From Alphaproteobacteria bacterium (GTDB lineage: Bacteria > Pseudomonadota > Alphaproteobacteria > UBA9219), in assembly GCA_041908065.1 (NCBI GenBank), contig JAYRGC010000028.1, positions 8,206 to 72,205 on the forward strand: a DNA stretch of 64,000 bases, read 5' to 3'. Numbering within the stretch: the stretch's first letter is position 1; each line of letters begins with the position of its first letter. Below are positions 57,347-64,000 of this stretch, in pieces. The notes beneath the pieces are model-generated. The model saw only the letters and a program-made list of their open reading frames with translations. It was not told the origin of the DNA and searched no databases. A program made the position numbers and the translations under genes.

Positions 57347-58372
57347 ATGGCATTACGCTTCATTGATGGCTTTGAACATTATGCGATCCCCAGCCAAATC
57401 CCGCTTAAATATACCTCTTATAATGACAGCGGCGGGTCGAGCGGTATCACGACCACAACGGGCCGTCGCCCCGGCAGCACGGCTTTGCTGTTTCGTACCT
57501 CGGCTGATTTCATCGGCCTGACCTTTGACCCACAATCGACGTGGATCATCGGTTTCGGCCTTTATATGCTCTCCACCGAAACGACGGAATTGCTGCGCTT
57601 CTCAGATGAAGCAGGCACCATCCAAGGTGCGCTTTCCATCGGGAACGATGGCACGATCCGTGTTTACCGCAACTCGGTGACAAGCGGCACTTTGCTGGCA
57701 ACATCCACCAACGCGCTGCCGATTCTAACTTGGAATTATATTGAGGTGAAGCTCACCGTCGCGGATAGCGGCGGGAATTGGGAGGTGCGCGTCAACGAAA
57801 GCACCTGGATCAACTTCACGGGCGATACCAAGCAATCCACCACGCTCTCAACCGTTGCCCGTATCCAGATTTGGGGCCGAGGCTCCGACAACGCCATCGA
57901 CGATTTATATGTCTGCGATAGTACGGGCAGCGCCAATAATACCTTCCTCGGCGACGTGCGCGTCGATACGGTGCGGCCTATCGGCGCTGGAAACCATTCA
58001 GAATTCAGCAAAGTTGGAAGCGCCAGCAACTGGGATAACCTTGACGACACGACGCTGGATAGCGACTCCACCTACAACCACAGCAACACGGTCGGACAGC
58101 GTGACACGCTGGATTGCGGAAACCTTCCGACCATCACAGGCAGCATCTTTGGCGTCCAGGTCAACATGGCCGCGCGTAAAGACGATGCGGGCGGACGCAC
58201 ACTCCGCTCCCTCACAAGGGTGTCAGGCAGTGATTACGAGGGTGACTCGCAAAATGTCGCCACCGATTATCGCTTTTATCGCCAGATCATCGAGCAGAAT
58301 CCGGATACCACTGCCGCTTGGACGGAAAGCGAAATCAATGGCGCTGAATTTGGCTACAAGGTTCACGCATAA
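57347..58372 (+). CDS. tail fibre/baseplate-associated hypothetical protein
   Basis: 341 aa. Call is by position in the tail module only. Confidence 0.4.
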   Translation: MALRFIDGFEHYAIPSQIPLKYTSYNDSGGSSGITTTTGRRPGSTALLFRTSADFIGLTFDPQSTWIIGFGLYMLSTETTELLRFSDEAGTIQGALSIGNDGTIRVYRNSVTSGTLLATSTNALPILTWNYIEVKLTVADSGGNWEVRVNESTWINFTGDTKQSTTLSTVARIQIWGRGSDNAIDDLYVCDSTGSANNTFLGDVRVDTVRPIGAGNHSEFSKVGSASNWDNLDDTTLDSDSTYNHSNTVGQRDTLDCGNLPTITGSIFGVQVNMAARKDDAGGRTLRSLTRVSGSDYEGDSQNVATDYRFYRQIIEQNPDTTAAWTESEINGAEFGYKVHA

Positions 58373-59199
58373 TGACAAAGCTTTATCCATCAGCATCCGG
58401 CGTGGCTTTCACGCCGACGACGATCCGTGGCGCATGGGAGAAAACCACAGGCCATGCTCTTTGCGGCATGGGCGCCAAGGATTTGTCCGGCTTGGGCGGG
58501 CCATTGTCCATCGGCAGCGCAGAAACCGTTTCCTCAGCCGATTATGATGTTCTGCTTCTGCGCTGTGTATCGGCTCCGCTGGCGGCGGATCATAATTTTT
58601 CCGGCACGCTCAATCTTATGCTGGGTGTGCAGGAGTCCAACTCTGCAGCCGACATGGCTTATTATATTCATGTCTTTGTTACCCAAGGCGACACGGACAA
58701 TCTGCGCGGTACGCTGCTGGCCAATTATGCTGATCCTGGCACCAATGAATGGGGAACGACCGCGCTGGGCAAGGCTTTATCGGCAGCGGCGACCTTAACC
58801 GCCGTCGCAGCCTTAACGGGCGACCGGATTGTCGTCGAAATTGGCTATCGTTCTCGCAACACGGTGACCACCAGTCGTACAGGAACGATCTGGTACGGCG
58901 GCAGCGGTTCCGATCTTACCAGCGGCGGCGCGGCGGAGAGTGGAGTTGGTTACTTTGATTTCTCGGACACGTTCACGCTCGTCGACAATCCCGTTCTGCG
59001 AGTCAGTCAAGTGGCTGTCGAAACGGTGCGGCGTCCTACGCAGGCACGCCTACAAGTCAGCCAGCTTGCTGTTGAAACTGCACGGCGACCCACCAGTGCA
59101 AATATGCGCCTAAGTCAGCTTGCCGTCGAAGTTGTTCGCCGAAATGGTTCGCCGCCTTCTACCGGACAAGGCGGCATGCTGATCGTCGTTGCCGGCTAA
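58372..59199 (+). CDS. tail-associated hypothetical protein with a C-terminal triple repeat
   Basis: 275 aa. SQ(V/L)AVE(T/V)xRR occurs three times near the C-terminus. Confidence 0.4.
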   Translation: MTKLYPSASGVAFTPTTIRGAWEKTTGHALCGMGAKDLSGLGGPLSIGSAETVSSADYDVLLLRCVSAPLAADHNFSGTLNLMLGVQESNSAADMAYYIHVFVTQGDTDNLRGTLLANYADPGTNEWGTTALGKALSAAATLTAVAALTGDRIVVEIGYRSRNTVTTSRTGTIWYGGSGSDLTSGGAAESGVGYFDFSDTFTLVDNPVLRVSQVAVETVRRPTQARLQVSQLAVETARRPTSANMRLSQLAVEVVRRNGSPPSTGQGGMLIVVAG

Positions 59200-59211
59200 G
59201 AGGAAAATCCC

Positions 59212-59499
59212 ATGAACCCCAAAAATTTGAACCCCGCCTTGGATGGGCGGGAACAGGAGAACGCGCCCATGACAGAGCCTGAATATTTCCGCGCCATTGG
59301 CAGGCTGGAAGCCCAAGTCCAGATGCTGACGACGGCGATCACCGAGCTGAAAACCAATGTCGAAAGCATGGAGACGAAGCTGGGCGACCTCGACCGCATG
59401 GCGAACCGCTGGAAAGGCGGCTTCGCGGTGGTGTTGGCGCTGGGTGCCATCGCGGGCGTGGTGCTTGAACAACTCATCAAACCGTTTTTCAACCGCTGA
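59212..59499 (+). CDS. small coiled-coil protein with a C-terminal TM (holin candidate)
   Basis: 95 aa with TM GGFAVVLALGAIAGVVL. Lies immediately upstream of the lysin. Confidence 0.4.
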   Translation: MNPKNLNPALDGREQENAPMTEPEYFRAIGRLEAQVQMLTTAITELKTNVESMETKLGDLDRMANRWKGGFAVVLALGAIAGVVLEQLIKPFFNR

Positions 59500-59512
59500 A
59501 AAGGAGAAGACC

Positions 59513-60187
59513 ATGACAGCAAAAAACGAAAACCGCCCGTTGCCGCGCGGTATCCGCAACCATAACCCCGGCAATATCCGGCGCAATGGCGACCCGTGGC
59601 AGGGGCTGGCCGAACGCCAAGGCGATGTGGAGTTCTTTACCTTCAAAGACCCCATTTACGGCATTCGTGCGCTGGCGCGGACGCTGATCGCCTATCAAGA
59701 CAAACACGGTCTGCGCTCTATTCGCCAGATCATCTCGCGCTGGGCGCCGCCGGTGGAGAACAATACCAATGCCTATGTTCGGGCGGTGGCGGCCAATACG
59801 GGATTGGATGCAGATCAGCCTCTCGACATGCACCGTTTCGATCATCTTCTGCCTCTGGCGAAGGCGATCATCCGGCATGAGAACGGCCAGCAGCCCTACA
59901 CCGACACGCAACTCACCAAGGCGCTGGTATTGGCGGGTGTAGAACCGGCAAAACCCAGCCTGCAGCAAACCCGTACCGTCAAGGGCGGACAGGCCGCGAC
60001 GGCTGCCACGGCAGGCTTGGGCGTGGTGGAAGCCGTTCAGCAGACTATTGATCCTGCCCGCGACGCGCTGGTGGGGCTTGCTCCGTACCTGGAAACCGCA
60101 AAATGGCTGTTGCTGGCCGTCACTTTGATCGGCATCGGCGTCATGCTCTGGGCGCGGATCGATGACCGCCGCAAAGGGCTGCGCTGA
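59513..60187 (+). CDS. putative peptidoglycan hydrolase (phage P5-like lysin) with a C-terminal membrane anchor
   Basis: RGIRNHNPGNIR..PWQG...F..PIYGIRALARTLIAYQDKHGL is a pattern I associate with phage muramidase-like proteins. TM WLLLAVTLIGIGVMLWA near the C-terminus. AAGGAG RBS. Confidence 0.5.
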   Translation: MTAKNENRPLPRGIRNHNPGNIRRNGDPWQGLAERQGDVEFFTFKDPIYGIRALARTLIAYQDKHGLRSIRQIISRWAPPVENNTNAYVRAVAANTGLDADQPLDMHRFDHLLPLAKAIIRHENGQQPYTDTQLTKALVLAGVEPAKPSLQQTRTVKGGQAATAATAGLGVVEAVQQTIDPARDALVGLAPYLETAKWLLLAVTLIGIGVMLWARIDDRRKGLR

Positions 60188-60426
60188 TGTGGACGGTCAT
60201 TAAAGCCTGGCTCTCCGGCAACGCGCTGCGCCTTATCGGGTGGAGCGTGGCGGCGTTGTCGGTGGCCGCGGTGCTGTTCGGTGCGCGGCAGGCTGGCCGC
60301 AATGCCGAGCGTGTCGATCAACTTAGAAAATCATTGGAGGTAAAAGATGCTCAACTTCGTGCGACGTTGGATGCTCCTCGCAATCGCGGTGAGCTTGTTG
60401 ACCGCCTGCGCGACGGCAAATTCTGA
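60187..60426 (+). CDS. i-spanin-like protein
   Basis: N-terminal TM LRLIGWSVAALSVAAVLF followed by a charged helical periplasmic part. ATGA-coupled to the lysin. Confidence 0.6.
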   Translation: MWTVIKAWLSGNALRLIGWSVAALSVAAVLFGARQAGRNAERVDQLRKSLEVKDAQLRATLDAPRNRGELVDRLRDGKF

Positions 60427-60583
60427 TCCGGCCTGCGTTTGCCCACCGATCAGGAAGTATGACCGGGAATTTCAACGTAAGTTGGCTGAAGAAATCGAGG
60501 TCGCGTCTGCCGATGCGGCTTTTCCGATCGCGCTGCAGGATTACGCTTTGCTAAGGATACAAATCCGCAAGGGGTGTCCTTAG
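60347..60583 (+). CDS. o-spanin-like outer-membrane lipoprotein
   Basis: Signal peptide plus lipobox LLTAC. Starts inside the i-spanin gene in another frame and extends beyond it. Confidence 0.65.
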   Translation: MLNFVRRWMLLAIAVSLLTACATANSDPACVCPPIRKYDREFQRKLAEEIEVASADAAFPIALQDYALLRIQIRKGCP

Positions 60584-60828
60584 CAATGAATTCCCGGCAA
60601 AAAATAACCATAACGCCACTTTCGTTAATTGCTAAGAAGGGTTTGATTGTCTAATATACACTCACGCCAGCGAAAAAGGCTGGCCTGGGGCTTAATAACC
60701 TCTCATGGCGGGCAATGCATCAGCCCGTAAATCTCCGATGCGCCTTCTCGATTACGGTCGGGGTGGCGGCGGAATACAATAGCGCTCGCGTGAATACGCT
60801 GCGCCGTCCATGACGGTTATTAACACCC

Positions 60829-60866
60829 CGATCACCAGAGATCTTCTCTGGTGATCGTTTGGTTTT
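60829..60866 (+). terminator. 13-bp-stem perfect hairpin plus T-tract (terminator/attenuator or operator)
   Basis: CGATCACCAGAGA tct TCTCTGGTGATCG followed by TTTGGTTTT, about 12 nt upstream of the RBS of ORF 60879. Confidence 0.55.
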
Positions 60867-60878
60867 AAGGAGACCGTT

Positions 60879-61085
60879 ATGACGAATGATAATAAAAAAG
60901 ACCCCATGCGCGCTGGACTGGACGGCGCGGCAAATTCCCCTGAAATCATCGCGGCGGAGTTAAGGCTGATGGCTGCAGGGGATGATCGATATCAGCGCTT
61001 TACTTATATGTCGCCGTGGATCAAGAACATCTGGAATGCCGCTGCCGATATTATTGAAGACTTAAATAAAAAGCAGATGCATTAA
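60879..61085 (+). CDS. small hypothetical protein
   Basis: 68 aa with an AAGGAG RBS. Convergent with the ATPase gene, with the stops 6 nt apart. Confidence 0.4.
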   Translation: MTNDNKKDPMRAGLDGAANSPEIIAAELRLMAAGDDRYQRFTYMSPWIKNIWNAAADIIEDLNKKQMH

Positions 61086-61091
61086 GTCTAT

Positions 61092-63557
61092 CTATGATTT
61101 GGCGACCAGATTGATATTGATATCCCCGCAGCCGCATCTCAGCGCTTCCTTATCACCGCGATCCGGAACCACATAAAGCAGCTCGTTACATTTCTGGCAC
61201 TCGAACAGCTCTGTCAGTTTTTTGAAGCCACTGGCAACTGGCTGAAAGTCGTTTTTATTCAGGGATGCCCATTGCTCATTGTAATGAACCGAGCCGTTTA
61301 TCTGCCATTGATCAAGATCGGTTTCTTTTTTTGCCTCATCTATGGCTGTATCCAAAGCTTCAATTTGGGTTTTCTTGTCCGCTTGTCCCCATGAATCTGC
61401 GGCTTTTTTTCCATCCTTCAAAAGATTTTTTAGGCGCGATACGCCGGGCGGCATTAAATCACCAAGTGTGAATTGTGCGTCACCACGGAAAACGACTTGC
61501 GCGCGCAGGCGGTGGCAGGCCTCTTTCGAGAAATACTCTAGATAATGCCGCAACAGGCTGGCTGCCGCTCTGACATCGTTTTTAGCGAGATCGGCTTCAA
61601 TTTCCTTCCATACGTCACGGCCATTCCATTCTGTCGGGCCGAGATCAACGCTCCATGTTCTGAAATGCGCGAATCCTGCGTTCTTCTTGATCAAACCCGC
61701 GCTTTGCATGTGCCGGAGCCAGATATCATCATGTGTCGTCATTATGAATTGGGTATTCGGGAACTTCTGTTTTAACAGGCTGCACACTTCACGCCGATGC
61801 GCGGAATCAACCGACATAAGAACGTCATCGAGAACGGCGAAGGTGAAATTCTTGCCGAGCAAATGCTCCATGAGCGCAAGATAAAGGCAAAGACCCATGC
61901 CGTCCTGGTGGCCTTCGCTATGATATGCGCCGGGCGGGAAAAAGCCGCGCCCGTAAAAGTCGACGCCAAAGCCGAGCTTGCCCATCGAAGGAGTCAACTG
62001 CGCTTCAAATTTGCTTTCATCGTCTTGATTGATAATGCGGTAAAGATTTCTGAAAGCGGTTTCGACGTTCTTGTAAATAGTGTTGAGTTCGGCGGTTACG
62101 ACTTCCCCATACTTTTCTAGCACCTTCGCAGAATGTTCTGCTGCCGCCTTGCATGTTTCCAGTTGCCGCGACTGGGTGCGGAAATTCTCCAGCCGTACTT
62201 GCCCCTCGACAAGATAATCGCGGGCCGCAACCTGCAGGGATGGTTCAGGGATTTCAGTTACGGCTTTGTTGATTTCGCTAAGTTTTTCTTCAATGGCGGC
62301 AATGTTGCATGCATCGCCTTCAAACGCTTTTATTGTGTCTGCCAAAGGCAAGAATGCCCGTATCTGTCTGGCAGCATCCGTCAGCGTCTTGCTTTCATCC
62401 TTGAGCGCCTGCACATCGATCGGTGCCGTGAAAAGCGGGCCGTATTTCGCCACGGTACCGAGCGCGGCCGCCAAGCCTTCCAACGACGCAGCGATGGGCA
62501 AAATCCGTTTTTCCAGCTTTTCCTTTTTTTCTTTTACTGCGGCCAGCTTTTGAAGTTTCTGATTTACAACAGACTTGAATTCTTCCGGCTTCCATTCCGT
62601 ATCGCACACAGGGCAATGTTCATCGTCATATAATTTTAATGCCGATTGCAGAAGGCTTTCATGCGTCAGCTTGCCGAGACTATCGGCATCCGCGTTCAAA
62701 TCAGTGAGGTCTTTCAAAATAGCCGCGCGGGATTCGATAAAGGCTTTTTCTTTCAACCCGTCGAGCAGTTTTTGCAAAGCCTCAATGTCTTTAAGCGCCT
62801 GCGCTTTCGGCACACGCGATGCCGCCGTTTGACTGCCTTCCGCCGTTGCCAGGCCATCTTTAAAAGATGTATCTTTTTCAATATCTTTCAGCTCTGGCAA
62901 TCCTAAAATGACGCGGCGCTTATTGACTTCAACCAAAACCTCCGGCGTCGACCATTTTGCAATGCCTAACGCTGTGATCAGACTTTCCTTCGCTACGTTC
63001 CTGGCATTTTCGAGAGGTTTGACTCCCTTGGTGTGCGCGTTGCAAATCTTCTGCAATGTGCCGCGCAGGGCTTCAATTTTTTCCAGCCGCAAAAGCGCTT
63101 GGACTTCCTCCGACCGCTTGCTCGGTTCCGCCAAAACATACTGAATAAGCTCACGGCGCGATAATACGAATTCGGGGTGTTGCGCCATATGTTCAATCGC
63201 GGCTTTAACGTCCGCGTCATCCGGAGTAATGGTTGGCTTGCTCGGAGCCTTTACCGTCCGTGTGATAGTCGCTTCTTTATTTAGCGGAAAAATTTTGAAA
63301 GTCAGTGCAACAAAAGCCTGTTCGGGTTTGGAGCGGCTGTCAACGTGCGGGCCGTGGTCTTTGACGGATAATTCGCCGGTGCCGCGACCAGAAAGGCGGG
63401 AGATATTGCCCGTGAGCGCGAATTCGATTGCGTCGACTACGCCGCTTTTGCCTGTGCCATTCGGCCCGCAAACCGCGAAATTTTCCCCGCCTAAATCCAG
63501 GGTCAGATCACGAATGCCTCGGAATTCATGGATTTGGATTTTCTGGATGCGGATCAT
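61092..63557 (-). CDS. Rad50-hook ABC/SMC-like ATPase with a PrrC/RloC-like C-terminal domain (candidate anticodon nuclease / defence protein)
   Basis: Walker A GPNGTGKSG, Walker B/D-loop FAVLDDVLMSVD, H-loop IMTTHD. About 380 aa of helical insert with central HCPVCDTEW. C-terminal LLRHYLEYF ... WQINGSVHY, plus terminal CQKC..CGCG. Confidence 0.55.
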   Translation of the reverse strand: MIRIQKIQIHEFRGIRDLTLDLGGENFAVCGPNGTGKSGVVDAIEFALTGNISRLSGRGTGELSVKDHGPHVDSRSKPEQAFVALTFKIFPLNKEATITRTVKAPSKPTITPDDADVKAAIEHMAQHPEFVLSRRELIQYVLAEPSKRSEEVQALLRLEKIEALRGTLQKICNAHTKGVKPLENARNVAKESLITALGIAKWSTPEVLVEVNKRRVILGLPELKDIEKDTSFKDGLATAEGSQTAASRVPKAQALKDIEALQKLLDGLKEKAFIESRAAILKDLTDLNADADSLGKLTHESLLQSALKLYDDEHCPVCDTEWKPEEFKSVVNQKLQKLAAVKEKKEKLEKRILPIAASLEGLAAALGTVAKYGPLFTAPIDVQALKDESKTLTDAARQIRAFLPLADTIKAFEGDACNIAAIEEKLSEINKAVTEIPEPSLQVAARDYLVEGQVRLENFRTQSRQLETCKAAAEHSAKVLEKYGEVVTAELNTIYKNVETAFRNLYRIINQDDESKFEAQLTPSMGKLGFGVDFYGRGFFPPGAYHSEGHQDGMGLCLYLALMEHLLGKNFTFAVLDDVLMSVDSAHRREVCSLLKQKFPNTQFIMTTHDDIWLRHMQSAGLIKKNAGFAHFRTWSVDLGPTEWNGRDVWKEIEADLAKNDVRAAASLLRHYLEYFSKEACHRLRAQVVFRGDAQFTLGDLMPPGVSRLKNLLKDGKKAADSWGQADKKTQIEALDTAIDEAKKETDLDQWQINGSVHYNEQWASLNKNDFQPVASGFKKLTELFECQKCNELLYVVPDRGDKEALRCGCGDININLVAKS

Positions 63558-63739
63558 GCGTCGCTTTCTCCGAATAAAGCGTCGCGGATCGATTTCTCGC
63601 TGGTTGATTTATCTTCGAGGACGGCTTTTCTCAGGCGCACGGCAGTCTCTTCAAACCCTTTCTCGACAGCGAGAGTCTGAAGAAACTTATCAATGATTTT
63701 TTCCGACACCGTCTGCGGTTCGGCCTTATCGCTGGCCAT
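63554..63739 (-). CDS. small acidic helical protein translationally coupled to the ATPase
   Basis: 61 codons. Its stop overlaps the ATPase ATG (ATGA at 63554-63557). No family recognised. Confidence 0.45.
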   Translation of the reverse strand: MASDKAEPQTVSEKIIDKFLQTLAVEKGFEETAVRLRKAVLEDKSTSEKSIRDALFGESDA

Positions 63740-63789
63740 TTTAAATCCTGTCTCTCGGTTATTTTAATGGGTACCATCTTAATACACGA

Positions 63790-63844
63790 CAGAATGACGC
63801 TTTACAAGATGACAAAATGACGTTATTTAAGATGTCAGAATGAC
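63790..63844. repeat. 23-bp-periodic ATGAC repeat array in a divergent promoter region
   Basis: ATGAC at 63794, 63809, 63817 and 63840, and ATGTC at 63832 (spacing 15, 8, 15, 8). CAGAATGAC is exact at 63790 and 63836. Confidence 0.8.
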
Positions 63845-63859
63845 CACAAGGAGAGCGCC

Positions 63860-64000
63860 ATGACCCAGAGCCAAGCGGCCAGCATTTTCGACTATCAGCC
63901 CACCCCAGAGGAAATTACAGAATCCTTCCGCGCGGATCTGGCAGAGCTGGAGGAATCCATGGTCGAGCTTGCCAAGCGCATGCAGGATATGGGCGACCAT
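63860..64000 (+). CDS. hypothetical protein, 5' part only (runs off the window)
   Basis: ATG 63860 follows AAGGAG. MTQSQAASIFDYQPTPEEITESFRADLAELEES... Confidence 0.4.
   Translation, partial: MTQSQAASIFDYQPTPEEITESFRADLAELEESMVELAKRMQDMGDH

Larger units (their letters stand above)
29685..60583 (+). mobile_element. prophage core (replication, methylase, head, tail and lysis modules)
   Basis: Uninterrupted, almost entirely + strand run of phage genes from the sigma factor to the o-spanin. Composition drops on both flanks. The integrase is possibly the serine recombinase at 17496. Confidence 0.85.

Noticed and set aside
36476-57363. Several long antisense ORFs inside the prophage (36476-37258, 39094-40212, 41691-42524, 44999-45814, 53329-54090, 56515-57363, all minus strand)
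   Set aside because: Each lies opposite a + strand gene with clear phage family motifs and tight operon packing. Their translations are Arg/Gly/His-rich with no motifs. They are treated as GC-driven shadow ORFs.
57855-58547. 230-codon same-strand alternative-frame ORF spanning the 57347/58372 gene junction, checked as a second dual-coding case
   Set aside because: Unlike the methylase locus it carries no recognisable motif. Its product is Ser/Thr/Arg/Ala-rich, and it crosses a gene boundary. It is judged to be a chance open frame.

Overview
This 64-kb segment looks like part of a moderately GC-rich, alphaproteobacterium-like chromosome; the taxon cannot be confirmed from sequence alone. It is a mosaic of core genes and mobile DNA.

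From left to right:
1. A remnant of a phage/ICE replication module (RecD-like helicase, truncated primase) abuts a truncated IS3 element.
2. A visibly AT-richer island carries a TetR-controlled HlyD/FtsX/ABC (MacAB/DevBCA-type) exporter and a cupin.
3. Core genes follow: nrdD (no adjacent nrdG), an orphan gene, acs, tRNA-Gln, a protein with beta-carbonic-anhydrase zinc-site motifs, a 29-bp-stem perfect hairpin, an SDR, gap, and tRNA-Ala followed by an exact copy of its 3' half.
4. A DUF2924 plus large-serine-recombinase module.
5. A second AT-richer island holds TetR-MFP-RND-OMF-SMR efflux genes, HxlR, an amber-interrupted NmrA-like gene and small membrane proteins.
6. A complete-looking prophage core of about 31 kb. 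It has an ECF-like sigma factor, a primase/helicase, an iteron cluster and three tandem DNA methyltransferases. Its head genes are lambda-like, it has a G/GT -1 frameshift and a tape measure, its distal tail genes are GTA-type, and it ends in a lysis cassette with overlapping spanins.
7. A third AT-richer stretch has a 61-aa ORF translationally coupled to an 821-aa ABC ATPase. That ATPase has a Rad50-type CxxC hook and PrrC/RloC-like C-terminal motifs.

The most unusual observations:
- The C5-methyltransferase locus is open in two overlapping frames for about 1.3 kb, and each frame carries family hallmarks.
- The RloC-like two-gene module sits next to a 23-bp-periodic ATGAC repeat array.
- An iteron cluster lies just after the primase gene.
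- A 29-bp element is shared upstream of two divergent phage genes.
- tRNA-Ala has an att-like duplication of its 3' half.

All functional calls come from motif recognition by eye. No database search was run.
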